Below, one piece after another: positions 55,558-64,000 of a stretch of 64,000 nt of DNA. The notes under the pieces were generated by a model. That model had not been told where the DNA came from, made no database searches, and was given only the letters and a program-made list of their open reading frames with translations. Position 1 is the first letter of the stretch. Each line of letters begins with the position of its first letter. A program made the translations under genes and the position numbers. Origin of the DNA: Betaproteobacteria bacterium (lineage in GTDB: Bacteria; Pseudomonadota; Gammaproteobacteria; Burkholderiales; CAIKXV01); the NCBI GenBank assembly GCA_947457885.1, contig CANGXU010000001.1, forward strand, positions 34,471 through 98,470. The letters run 5' to 3'.

Positions 55558-56163
55558 CTATTTCTTCTTCGGGCGGAATGCCTTGACCACCGCCTCGTTG
55601 GTTTCGATGTACGGCCCGCCAATCAGGTCCACGCAATAGGGAACCGCGGCGAAGATGCCTGGAACGACCGGCTTGCCGTCGCCATCTTTCAGGCCCTCGA
55701 GCGTCTCGCGGATGGATTTCGGCTGCCCTGGCAGGTTGATGATGAGCGCTTCGCCGCGGATCACCGCGACCTGTCGCGACAGGATCGCGGTGGGGACGAA
55801 CCGTAGGCTGATCTGGCGCATCTGCTCGCCGAAACCGGGCATCTCGCGATCGCCGATCGCGAGCGTCGCTTCTGGTGTCACGTCGCGCTTCGCCGGGCCC
55901 GTGCCGCCAGTCGTCAGCACCAGGTCGCAGCGTTCGACGTCCACGAGCTCCACCAGGGCCGCCTCGATCAGCGGACGCTCATCCGGAATCAGACGCGTGA
56001 CCGTGGTCCAGGGCGAGGCGAGGGCGACAGTGAACCATTCCTGCAGCGCGGGGATGCCCAGGTCTTCGTAGACGCCGCGCGAGGCGCGGTCGCTGATGGA
56101 AACGAGGCCGATGCGCAGCATGCGCGGCGGGGCGGGCGTGGGATCGGGTGACGGATCTGCCAT
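55558..56163 (-). CDS. mog: Molybdopterin adenylyltransferase
   Basis: LRIGLVSISDRASRGVYEDLGIPALQEW...LVLTTGGTGPAKRDVTPEAT matches E. coli MogA. Start is at 56163 (MADPS) or 56121 (MLRIG). Confidence 0.9.
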   Translation of the reverse strand: MADPSPDPTPAPPRMLRIGLVSISDRASRGVYEDLGIPALQEWFTVALASPWTTVTRLIPDERPLIEAALVELVDVERCDLVLTTGGTGPAKRDVTPEATLAIGDREMPGFGEQMRQISLRFVPTAILSRQVAVIRGEALIINLPGQPKSIRETLEGLKDGDGKPVVPGIFAAVPYCVDLIGGPYIETNEAVVKAFRPKKK

Positions 56164-56221
56164 GGTCGGGATCGAATCGGTGGCGGACCTGCGATCGTAA
56201 TCGGGATCGCCCGCGCGTGCC

Positions 56222-57241
56222 CTATTCGATCCGGATGCCGGCCTCTCGTCCGATCCGGCTCCAGCGCGCGAGCTCGGCGCGCAGGTATTCCCCGAAGGCC
56301 TCCGGCGTGCTTGCCACCGGTTCGGCCCCCTCGGCGGTGAGCCTCTCCACGGCATCGGGCTGGCGCAGGATACGGCCGATCTCGCTGCTCATGCGACCGG
56401 TGATTTCCTTTGCGGTGCCGGCCGGGGCGAGGATGCCCTGCCAGGCGCTGATCTCGTAGCCATCCAGCCCGCTCTCGGCGACGGTCGGCAACTGTGGTGC
56501 GAACGCGGTGCGCTTCGCGGTGGTCACCGCGATCGCGCGCAGCTTGCCGGTCTTCACGTGCGGCAGGAACTGGTGCGCGATGCCGAACGTCATCGATACC
56601 TGTCCGCCAAGCAGGTCGGTCAGGGTCGGCGCATTGCCCTTGTAGGGCACGTGGATCATGTCGGTCTTCGTGAGCCAGGTGAACATCGCCGCCGCCATGT
56701 GAGGCGAGGTGCCATGGCCGGAGCTGGCGTAGGTCAGCTGCCCGGGCCGTGCCCGGGCGAGTGCTGCGAGTTCCTTCACCGTCTTCACCGGCAGCGAGGG
56801 ATGTACGACCAGCATCAGCGGCAGCGACACCAGTTGCGTGACCGGCGCGAAGCTGCGTATCGGGTCGAAAGGCAGGTCCTTGCGCATCCCGGCATTGATC
56901 GGGAAGGCGATGGTCATCATCAGCATCGTGTAGCCGTCGGGCGGTGCCTTGGCCACGAGTTCGGCGCCGATCATGCCGCCCGCGCCCGGGCGGTTGTCGA
57001 CCACCACCGTCTGGCCGAGGGGTTCTGCCAGACGCTGCGCGACCAGACGGCCGATGTTGTCCGTGGTGCCGCCGGCCGCGAATGGAATCACCAGTCGCAG
57101 CGCTCTTGCCGGCCATGCCTGTGCGGGCGAGGGCTGCGCTGCGGCGACCGGCGCATCCGCGAGTGCGGCGAGCCCCAGCAGGGCCGCCGCCAGTACGGGT
57201 CCCGGGCGGGGTGAATGGCAGATGCCAGCGGGATCGCTCAT
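56222..57241 (-). CDS. Bug/TctC-family substrate-binding protein (paralog 7)
   Basis: WPARALRLVIPFAAGGTTDNIGR...NRPGAGGMIG...PYKGN. Confidence 0.9.
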   Translation of the reverse strand: MSDPAGICHSPRPGPVLAAALLGLAALADAPVAAAQPSPAQAWPARALRLVIPFAAGGTTDNIGRLVAQRLAEPLGQTVVVDNRPGAGGMIGAELVAKAPPDGYTMLMMTIAFPINAGMRKDLPFDPIRSFAPVTQLVSLPLMLVVHPSLPVKTVKELAALARARPGQLTYASSGHGTSPHMAAAMFTWLTKTDMIHVPYKGNAPTLTDLLGGQVSMTFGIAHQFLPHVKTGKLRAIAVTTAKRTAFAPQLPTVAESGLDGYEISAWQGILAPAGTAKEITGRMSSEIGRILRQPDAVERLTAEGAEPVASTPEAFGEYLRAELARWSRIGREAGIRIE

Positions 57242-57319
57242 GGTTGCGCCTCCTGGTGGGGTCGGGCGGCGGTCGTTGCCACAGCCTCGGAGTCCGATGC
57301 AGCCGCACGTTACGCAGAA

Positions 57320-57355
57320 GCCCGCAGGCCGTCAACGCGCCTCGACCCTGCGGGC
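57320..57355 (-). terminator. Hairpin GCCCGCAGG-N18-CCTGCGGGC just after the REC-GGDEF stop
   Basis: 9-bp perfect GC-rich stem starting 14 nt downstream of the stop codon on the minus strand, followed by TTCTGCG (weak U-tract). Confidence 0.4.
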
Positions 57356-57368
57356 CTTTGGGTAACGT

Positions 57369-58436
57369 TCAGCAGATGGTGGAGGCGGATGGCGCAGGGG
57401 CCTCGCGCAAGCCGGTACCGTCCTCGTCTGGCATGGCGGCGCAACCGCGGCCATTCATCTGCGCCCGGCGCAACCCGGCTTCGGCCAGCGAGAGCAGATC
57501 CTGAAAAGACTCTGCGCCCGGCGAACTGGCGGCCACGCCCAGGCTTATCGTGCACACCGCCGCGACATCGGAGCCGGCATGCGGGATGTCGAGTGCGCGT
57601 ATCCGACTCTCCAGCGCCTGTGCCAGTGCGAGCGCACCCGTGGCAGAGGTGTCCGGCAGGATGCACGCGAACGCGTCGCCTCCGTAACGCGCGAACGTAT
57701 CGCCGGCGCGCCGTATCCGACCTTCCAGGGCAGCTGCGATCAGCCGCAGGCAGTCGTCGCCGGCCGGGTGTCCGTAATGCTCGTTGTATTGCCGGAATCG
57801 GTCCACGTTGATCATGAGCATGGCGAGCGACGTGCCGCTGCGCTGCGCGCGCGCGAACTCGTGCTCGAGCCGCTCGTCGAAGCAGCGCCGATTTGCGGCA
57901 CCGGTGAGTGCATCGGTGCGGGTCAGCTCGCGCAGCATGTCGGACTGTCGCTTGATCGTGAGGTAAGCCTTTGAACGTGCACGGACGATCGCCGGGTTGA
58001 ACGGCTTGACGATGAAGTCGACAGCGCCCGCCGCGAGGCCGCGCACTTCCGCCGCGCTGTCGTCCTGACCGGTGACGAACATCACGGGGATGTCGCGCGT
58101 GGCCGGGTCGGCCTTCAGCCGTTCGCAGGTCTGGTAGCCGTCCAGCCCGGGCATCACCACGTCGAGCAGCACGAGATCGGGTTGTCTTTCCCGACATACC
58201 GTAAGGGCTGCCTCGCCACTCGTTGCCATGAAGACCTGATAGTCGCCGGAGAACGTGTGATAGAGCGCCTGCACGTTCAGCGGGTTGTCGTCTACGACCA
58301 GGATGCGCTGCCGTTCGTCGCGCGAATCCCGGGTGTCGGACTGCGGGGGCGTGGACCTGCGTGGCTCCGTGGATTCCATCTCGTCGGCGTGCTTCGGTAA
58401 AACCGTCTGCATCGGGTGCCTGAAACTCGCAAGCAC
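57369..58436 (-). CDS. Response regulator: REC domain fused to a GGDEF domain with degenerate GGDAF active site and intact RxxD I-site
   Basis: REC motifs: ILVVDDNP, LVLLDVVMPGLDG, VKPF. GGDEF domain: ...RRAGDTFARYGGDAFACIL. Codons GGA GGC GAC GCG TTC were verified on the minus strand at 57669-57683. Start is GTG 58436, ATG 58412 or ATG 58379. Confidence 0.88.
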   Translation of the reverse strand: MLASFRHPMQTVLPKHADEMESTEPRRSTPPQSDTRDSRDERQRILVVDDNPLNVQALYHTFSGDYQVFMATSGEAALTVCRERQPDLVLLDVVMPGLDGYQTCERLKADPATRDIPVMFVTGQDDSAAEVRGLAAGAVDFIVKPFNPAIVRARSKAYLTIKRQSDMLRELTRTDALTGAANRRCFDERLEHEFARAQRSGTSLAMLMINVDRFRQYNEHYGHPAGDDCLRLIAAALEGRIRRAGDTFARYGGDAFACILPDTSATGALALAQALESRIRALDIPHAGSDVAAVCTISLGVAASSPGAESFQDLLSLAEAGLRRAQMNGRGCAAMPDEDGTGLREAPAPSASTIC

Positions 58437-58470
58437 GGTGTCCAGTCCTGCATCGTGCCGCCGTGAGCGG

Positions 58471-59010
58471 CTATTCGTCCTCGATCAGGTCGCTGGCGGC
58501 GGGCGTGGCGATGATCGCGCGCAGCGTGCGAAAGAGTTCGCGATGGCTGCGCGGCGGTTTGTTCTGCGCGAACTCGCGCCGGGCATTTCGCATCAGGGTG
58601 CGCAGTTGCCGGACGTCGCAGCCAGGATGGGCTGTTGCCAGCTCGGTCAGCGCAGACGCAGCGGTAGCGTCGTCCATCAGCCGGTCGCGCCAGCGCTCGA
58701 TCGAATGCTGCAGCGCGACCTCGGCCGCGGAAGTGCCGTCCCAGATCGAGAACTGGGCCTCGATCGCGGTCGGATCGATGTCGCGCATCAGTCGTCCGAT
58801 GTACTGCAACTGGCGCCGGCGCGCCTCGTGACGAGTGATCGACTGGCATTCGCGCACCGCGTCGTAAAGCGACTCGGGAAGGCCGAGCCCCTGCAGCCGG
58901 TCCTTCGGCAGGTCGACCAGCCGCGCGCCGAGTGCCTGCAGGTCGTGCGCAGCCTGCTTCAGCCGGGTCTTGCTGGGCGGCAGCGGTGGCAGGGAATCGG
59001 TTTCGGTCAT
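58471..59010 (-). CDS. yjgA: YjgA/DUF615 ribosome-associated protein
   Basis: Start MTETDSLPP at 59010. SKTRLKQAAHDLQALGARLVDLP...RRRQLQYIGRLMR. Divergent from pmbA, as in E. coli. Confidence 0.85.
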   Translation of the reverse strand: MTETDSLPPLPPSKTRLKQAAHDLQALGARLVDLPKDRLQGLGLPESLYDAVRECQSITRHEARRRQLQYIGRLMRDIDPTAIEAQFSIWDGTSAAEVALQHSIERWRDRLMDDATAASALTELATAHPGCDVRQLRTLMRNARREFAQNKPPRSHRELFRTLRAIIATPAASDLIEDE

Positions 59011-59117
59011 GTCTGGGACGGACGTCGGCGCGTGCGTACGGTAGGTCGTGGGGTCACTGTTATCATAAGTATCGCCTTTCCAGCGCAAGATCGTGACCCC
59101 CGCGTGAGCCCCGAACG

Positions 59118-60458
59118 ATGAGCAATGCCCGATTCAGCCTGTCCGAAGACACCTTGAAGCAGATCGCCGCGGACGCGCTCGCCCATGCGAAGGTGCTCGG
59201 CGCCAGCGCGGCGGATGCGGAAGTGAACGACGGTTTCGGCCAGGGGGTGACCGTACGCGCGCGCGAGGTCGAGACGATCGAGTACACGCGCGACAAGTCG
59301 CTCGGCGTCACCGTCTACGTCGGCCGCAAGCGCGGTTCGGCCAGTACCTCCGATTTTTCCCCGAAGGCCATCCGCGACACGGTCGAGGCGGCGCTCACGA
59401 TCGCGCGCCATACGGGCGAGGACGACTGCGCAGGGCTGCCGGACGCCCACAGGCACCCGACGGCGCTGCCTGAACTCGACCTCTACCATCCGTGGGACGT
59501 ACCGGTCGAGACGGCGATCGAGATCGCCAGCCGCTGCGAGGCGGCCGCCCTCGACTTCGATGCTCGCATCACGAACTCCGAAGGTTCGAACATCTACACG
59601 CAGCAGTGGCATTTCGTGCACGCCAACTCGAATGGCTTCGTCGGCGGCTACCCGACCTCGCGCTACAGCCTGTCGTGCTCAGTGATCGGCGGACAGGGCG
59701 ACGAGATGCAGCGCGACGACTGGTACACCGCGGCGCGGCGCGAAGACGAACTCGAATCGGCCGAGGCCGTGGGGCGCCGTGCGGCCGAGCGCACCGTGCG
59801 CCGCCTGAATGCACGCAAGCTCGACACGGTGCAGGCACCGGTCCTGTTCGATGCGACGCTCGCCGGTGGCCTGATCAGCCACTTCGTGGGCGCCGTGTCC
59901 GGCGGCGCGCTGTACCGGAAGTCCACCTTCCTGCTCGACAGCCTCGGTACGCAGGTGTTCGCGCCGAACGTCAACTTGCGCGAAGCGCCGCACATGCCGC
60001 GGGGCCTCTCCAGCGCCCCGTTCGACGACGAGGGGGTGCCCACCGCCTCGCGCGATGTGGTCACTGCGGGCGTGGTGCAGGGCTACTTCCTCGGCACCTA
60101 TTCGGCGCGCAAGCTCGGCATGCAAAGCACCGGCAATGCCGGCGGCAGCCACAACCTCGTGCTGGAGAGCGGCACGCTCGACTTCGACGGCCTGCTCCGG
60201 AAGATGGGCCGCGGACTGGTGGTGACCGAACTGCTCGGCAGCGGCATCAATTCGGTGACCGGGGACTACTCCCGGGGTGCGGCCGGCTTCTGGGTCGAGG
60301 ACGGCGCCATCGCCTATCCGGTGCACGAGATCACCATCGCCGGCAACCTGAAGGAGATGTTCCGGGGCATCGTCGAGATCGGCAGCGACGTGCTCAAGCG
60401 CGGCTCCAAGACCACCGGCTCCATTCTGATCGACAACATGACCATCGCCGGCAACTGA
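59118..60458 (+). CDS. pmbA: PmbA/TldE metalloprotease modulator
   Basis: 446 aa with a full-length PmbA pattern (GVTVRAREVETIEY..., ...GDYSRGAAGFWVEDGAIAYPVHEITIAGNL). Confidence 0.93.
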   Translation: MSNARFSLSEDTLKQIAADALAHAKVLGASAADAEVNDGFGQGVTVRAREVETIEYTRDKSLGVTVYVGRKRGSASTSDFSPKAIRDTVEAALTIARHTGEDDCAGLPDAHRHPTALPELDLYHPWDVPVETAIEIASRCEAAALDFDARITNSEGSNIYTQQWHFVHANSNGFVGGYPTSRYSLSCSVIGGQGDEMQRDDWYTAARREDELESAEAVGRRAAERTVRRLNARKLDTVQAPVLFDATLAGGLISHFVGAVSGGALYRKSTFLLDSLGTQVFAPNVNLREAPHMPRGLSSAPFDDEGVPTASRDVVTAGVVQGYFLGTYSARKLGMQSTGNAGGSHNLVLESGTLDFDGLLRKMGRGLVVTELLGSGINSVTGDYSRGAAGFWVEDGAIAYPVHEITIAGNLKEMFRGIVEIGSDVLKRGSKTTGSILIDNMTIAGN

Positions 60459-60483
60459 CCGCCGCGCAGGAAGGTTCGGCGCC

Positions 60484-61353
60484 ATGCGCGCAAGGGGCTT
60501 GACCTGGATGGCTGGCCTGGCCGGCATGGGCGGCGTGCCGCCGCACGACAATGCGCGTGCCTATCTCTGGGAGCGGCGCCTGCACGGGGTGATGATCGCG
60601 GTCGCCCTGGTCGCGCTGCCGGCGGCGTTCATCGACGACGCTGCGGGCGATCCGCTGCTTCGCAGGATTGGCTTCGCGCTCGACCTGCTGATACTTGCGG
60701 CGTTCTCGCTCGAACTTTGCTGGATGCTGTATCTCGTGCGCCAGCGGCGCCGGTACCTGTTGCGCAACTGGCTCGACCTGCCGATCATCGCCGCGGCGGC
60801 AGTGAGCCTGGCAGGGCTCGACACCGGTTGGCTGGTGCTCGCACGGTTCGCACGGTTGGCACTGGTGGCGATGATGCTGGCGCGGCTGCTCGGCTCGCTT
60901 CGCAGCCTCTATTCGCCCGATGCGCTGCCGCTGGTGTTCGCGTTCGCGATCGTGTCCCTGCTGGTCGGCGGCGCCGGCTTCTACTGGCTGGAGCCGACCG
61001 TGCATTCCTATGCCGACGGGGTCTGGCTCGCCTTCGCGACCGGCACTACGCTCGGCTACGGCGACCTGGTGCCGACGGTACCATCGTCCCGGTTGTGGGC
61101 GGGGATCATGGTGCTGCTCGGCTTCGCGATGCTGTCGCTGCTGACTGCGACCCTGGTCACCGCGATCGTTGGCCAGGACGAGGCGAGACTGCGGCGCGAC
61201 ATGCACCACGACATCCGGATGCTGCGCGACGAGGTGCGGGCTCTGCGCGAACAGTTGCAGACGTCCGCGGGACTGCCGGACGCGGCCGCAGGCGCCGGTG
61301 AACCGCCGGCACCTCCACAGCAGCCCGGTGCTCCCTCGGGCGGCGGCAACTGA
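60484..61353 (+). CDS. Voltage-gated-type K+ channel family protein
   Basis: Selectivity filter TTLGYGD. S4-like arginine ladder (RFARLALVAMMLARLLGSLRSL). C-terminal coiled-coil-like tail. Confidence 0.88.
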   Translation: MRARGLTWMAGLAGMGGVPPHDNARAYLWERRLHGVMIAVALVALPAAFIDDAAGDPLLRRIGFALDLLILAAFSLELCWMLYLVRQRRRYLLRNWLDLPIIAAAAVSLAGLDTGWLVLARFARLALVAMMLARLLGSLRSLYSPDALPLVFAFAIVSLLVGGAGFYWLEPTVHSYADGVWLAFATGTTLGYGDLVPTVPSSRLWAGIMVLLGFAMLSLLTATLVTAIVGQDEARLRRDMHHDIRMLRDEVRALREQLQTSAGLPDAAAGAGEPPAPPQQPGAPSGGGN

Positions 61354-61378
61354 TGGCCTGTGTGGCAGGGCGCGCCCG

Positions 61379-62305
61379 ATGATCGTGCCCGGTTCGCTCT
61401 GGGTCGCCTGCACGGTGGCTGCCGCCGCCGGCCAGACGCTGCGCAACGCCATGCAGCACAGCCTGATCGGCACCGTAGGAACTGCGGGTGCGACGCATGT
61501 ACGCTTCCTGTACGGGCTGCCGTTCGCCTGCGTCTTCCTTGTTGTGGTCGCTGCGACCGGCGCGATCCGCGATCCCCAGATGGGGCCCGCGTTCTGGGCC
61601 TGGCTGGCGCTGGGGGCGCTGACCCAGGTACTGGCCACCGCGATGATGCTGGTGCTGATGCAGCAGCGCTCGTTCGTGGTCAGCACCGCGTACATCAAGA
61701 CCGAGCCGGTGCAGATCGCGTTGTACGGATTCGTGTTTCTCGGTGACCGGCTGGGGCTGCAGGCGATCGCCGGCGTGCTGGTGGCCACCGCCGGCGTGGT
61801 ACTGATGTCCTGGAAGCCGGCGCCGGCCGGTGGCAATGCGCAGGGCGGGCGGTCGGAGCCTGCCTGGCGCGCGGCGCTGCTCGGCATCGCCACCGGCAGC
61901 ATGTTCTCGATGTCGGTAGTCGGCTATCGCGGCGCGGTGCTGGCGCTCGGTGACGACCCGTTCTACGGTCGCGCCACGCTGGCGCTGGTGCTCGCACTGG
62001 TGCTGCAGGTGGCGCTGCTGTCGCTGTACCTGCGGCTGCGCGAGCCGGGCCGGCTGACCGCACTGGTGCGTGCCTGGAAGCCGTCGTTGCTCGCCGGCTT
62101 CCTCGGTGCCAGCGCCTCGCAGTGCTGGTTCCTCGCGTTCTCGCTGCAGACCGCGGCGGCGGTGCGCACCGTCGGGCTGGTCGAGGTGGTGTTCGCCGCT
62201 CTGATCTCACGCCGGGTGTTTGCCCAGCGCAGCGGCCTGCGCGACTGGGGCGGCATCGGGATGGTTGTGGCCGGCGTGGCCCTGCTGCTGGCGGGGACGT
62301 TCTGA
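61379..62305 (+). CDS. DMT-superfamily (EamA-like) membrane protein
   Basis: Start MIVPGSLW at 61379. About 10 TM segments in a two-fold internal repeat pattern. The ORF-track start at 61169 overlaps the K+ channel gene. Confidence 0.75.
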   Translation: MIVPGSLWVACTVAAAAGQTLRNAMQHSLIGTVGTAGATHVRFLYGLPFACVFLVVVAATGAIRDPQMGPAFWAWLALGALTQVLATAMMLVLMQQRSFVVSTAYIKTEPVQIALYGFVFLGDRLGLQAIAGVLVATAGVVLMSWKPAPAGGNAQGGRSEPAWRAALLGIATGSMFSMSVVGYRGAVLALGDDPFYGRATLALVLALVLQVALLSLYLRLREPGRLTALVRAWKPSLLAGFLGASASQCWFLAFSLQTAAAVRTVGLVEVVFAALISRRVFAQRSGLRDWGGIGMVVAGVALLLAGTF

Positions 62306-62307
62306 GA

Positions 62308-63345
62308 ATGCCATCGCTTCCGGTCCGCCAGCTGTGCCAGGTGGTGCTCGACAGCCTCTCGCGCGAATGGCCGTACCGTCCCGATGTCTGGCTCGAGTCG
62401 GCGCACGACTTCCGGTTGCCGCGCGACCGCCATCCGCTGTTTCACACCAGCTACGACTGGCATTCCTGCGTACACATGCACTGGAGCCTGCTGCGCCTGC
62501 TGCGGCTGCACCGCGACGCACTGGCACCGGCGCAGGTCGACGGCATCCGCACCCGCTTCGACCGGACGTTCACCGTGGCCGCCGTCTCCACCGAGGCGGC
62601 GCTGTTCGACCGGCCCGGCTACCGTTCATTCGAGCGGCCGTACGGCTGGGGCTGGCTGCTGGAACTCCATGCGGAACTGCACCGGCTAGCGGTCGATCCT
62701 GCACTGCCTTCGGTGCTGCAGCCATCTGCGCGGCGCTGGCTCGACACGCTCGAACCGCTGGCGCTGCGCCTGGCGCAGGCGATGGTCGACTACCTGCCGA
62801 AGCTCGGTCATCCGGTGCGTACCGGTACCCATTCGAATGGCGCGTTCGCCTGCGTGCTCGCGCTCGACCATGCACGCACCAGGGCGCATCCGGCGCTGCA
62901 GCGCGCGATCGGCGAGGCCGCGCATCGCTGGTTCGCACGCGACCATCGCTATCCGTCTGATTACGAGCCCGGCGGCGAGGACTTCCTGTCTGCAGGGCTG
63001 GTCGAGGCACTGTTGATGTACCGACTGCTCGACGGTTGCGGCTTCGCCGACTGGTGGTACCGCTTCTCGCCCTCGGCCGAGGCGCTGGGGCGCTGGCTGC
63101 TGCCGGTAGCCGTCGACCAGGCCGCCGATGCCCGCATCGTGCACCTGCACGGCCTCAACCTGTCGCGTGCCTGGTGCTGGCAGGCACTGCTGCCGGGGCT
63201 TCCGGGCGAACTGGCAGGGCCGGTGGCACGCGCGATCGATGCGCACTGGCAGGCCTCGCTCGCGGCGGCGCTCAGCGGCGACTATGCGGCAACCCACTGG
63301 CTGGCTTCATTCGTGTTGCTGGCCGAAGGCAGGGATCAACCATGA
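62308..63345 (+). CDS. DUF2891-family protein
   Basis: Start MPSLPVRQL at 62308, 2 bp after the DMT stop. HPLFHTSYDWHSCVHMHWSL and ERPYGWGW are typical of DUF2891. Confidence 0.75.
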   Translation: MPSLPVRQLCQVVLDSLSREWPYRPDVWLESAHDFRLPRDRHPLFHTSYDWHSCVHMHWSLLRLLRLHRDALAPAQVDGIRTRFDRTFTVAAVSTEAALFDRPGYRSFERPYGWGWLLELHAELHRLAVDPALPSVLQPSARRWLDTLEPLALRLAQAMVDYLPKLGHPVRTGTHSNGAFACVLALDHARTRAHPALQRAIGEAAHRWFARDHRYPSDYEPGGEDFLSAGLVEALLMYRLLDGCGFADWWYRFSPSAEALGRWLLPVAVDQAADARIVHLHGLNLSRAWCWQALLPGLPGELAGPVARAIDAHWQASLAAALSGDYAATHWLASFVLLAEGRDQP

Positions 63346-64000
63346 CCATCCGTTACGATGCGATCGTCGTCGGCACCGGGCCGGCCGGCGCGGTGGCCGC
63401 CGAGGCCCTCGGCCGCGCCGGCCGCCGCACGCTGCTGATCGAACGCGAACACCTGCCACGGGTCAAGACCTGCGGCGGGGGCGTCACCTGGAAGGCTGCA
63501 CAGGCGTTGGGGGTCGACCTCACGCCGCTGGCCGAACGCACCATCGGCACCGTCGAGTTGCACTGGCGGCTGAAGGCGTCGGCGACGATGCCCGGCCGCG
63601 AGCCGCTGGTGCACATGTTCCGGCGCAGCCGTTTCGATGCCTGGCTGGTGGAACGTGCGCTGGCCACCGGGCAGGTCGAACTGAAGGACGGCCTTGCGGT
63701 GAAGGCTGTCGAGGCCGATGCGCGCGGGGTGACCGTGCGCACCGCGCAGGGCGCGTTCGAAGCCGACTACCTCGTCGGCGCGGACGGCGCCGCCGGCCCG
63801 GTGGCGCGGTCGCTCGGGCTGATGCAGGAGCGTCACCTGCTGCCGGCGATCGAGCAGGACATCGTCGTCGATGCGAAGGTGATGGACCGCTGGCACGACC
63901 GGATGGCTCTCGATATCGGCACGTTGCACGGTTCCTACGGGTGGGTATTCCCGAAGGAAGACCACCTGAATATCGGGGTCGGCTGTTTCTCTACGCGCTC
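63342..64000 (+). CDS. FAD-dependent oxidoreductase, geranylgeranyl-reductase family (3' end beyond window)
   Basis: My own translation from the ATG at 63342 (ATGA overlap with DUF2891): MTIRYDAIVVGTGPAGAVAAEALGRAGRRTLLIERE...KTCGGGV...GADGAAGPVAR...YGWVFPK. Open to the window end, and absent from the ORF track for that reason. Confidence 0.85.
   Translation, partial: MTIRYDAIVVGTGPAGAVAAEALGRAGRRTLLIEREHLPRVKTCGGGVTWKAAQALGVDLTPLAERTIGTVELHWRLKASATMPGREPLVHMFRRSRFDAWLVERALATGQVELKDGLAVKAVEADARGVTVRTAQGAFEADYLVGADGAAGPVARSLGLMQERHLLPAIEQDIVVDAKVMDRWHDRMALDIGTLHGSYGWVFPKEDHLNIGVGCFSTR

Noticed and set aside
1-64000. Search by eye for CRISPR arrays, tandem or interspersed repeats, tRNA/rRNA/tmRNA genes, IS elements, integrases and prophage genes
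   Set aside because: None recognised. The intergenic gaps are short (the largest non-coding stretches are about 220 bp). The only repeated motifs are generic GC-rich stems (for example GCCCGCAGG/CCTGCGGGC at about 42495 and 57320), which are too short and too dissimilar to call a REP family without a genome-wide count.

Overview
High-GC (about 68-70% by eye) chromosomal segment, probably from a beta-proteobacterium (Burkholderiales-like). That guess rests on seven orphan Bug/TctC binding proteins, an Azotobacter-type 7Fe ferredoxin and a divergent yjgA/pmbA pair. Coding density is very high. I support about 58 protein genes. By eye I found no rRNA, tRNA, CRISPR array, IS element, integrase or prophage gene. 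Many long ORFs in the supplied track are antisense or out-of-frame shadows typical of GC-rich DNA and were discarded. Content in order: 3' part of a CzcA/CusA-type RND pump with a PII-like gene; hslO; a glycogen block (glgB divergent from glgC-GH57); an ArnT/PMT-like glycosyltransferase; rpmE, trxA, fdxA; addB-addA followed by DUF2520, a double-hotdog thioesterase and an HdrC/HdrB-like Fe-S pair; a Zn-ribbon metallopeptidase preceded by three micro-ORFs and a methyltransferase; a roughly 25 kb catabolic patchwork (25-49 kb) holding the Bug/TctC proteins, a GntR-controlled divergon, otnK/otnC, a D-tartrate-dehydratase-like enolase-superfamily enzyme, oxidoreductases and CoA-transferase/crotonase; DsbC-like; three back-to-back MFS transporters; an orphan 515-aa protein with a PilZ-like C-terminus; esterase, mog, a REC-GGDEF protein with a degenerate GGDAF site; yjgA/pmbA; a K+ channel, DMT, DUF2891 and a partial FAD reductase. 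I found no clear-cut novel system such as a defence island or biosynthetic cluster. The observations most worth follow-up are: (1) a sigma-54 RpoN-box sequence stranded as an 80-codon ORF coupled to a UPF0391 micro-gene; (2) a possible c-di-GMP sensing pair (PilZ-like orphan plus GGDAF/I-site response regulator); (3) the DUF2520/double-hotdog/HdrCB-like module behind addAB; (4) a 32-bp perfect palindrome beside a GntR regulator with a duplicated wHTH; (5) a three-MFS operon. All homology calls come from reading the translations by eye and from memory of the families. No searches were run.
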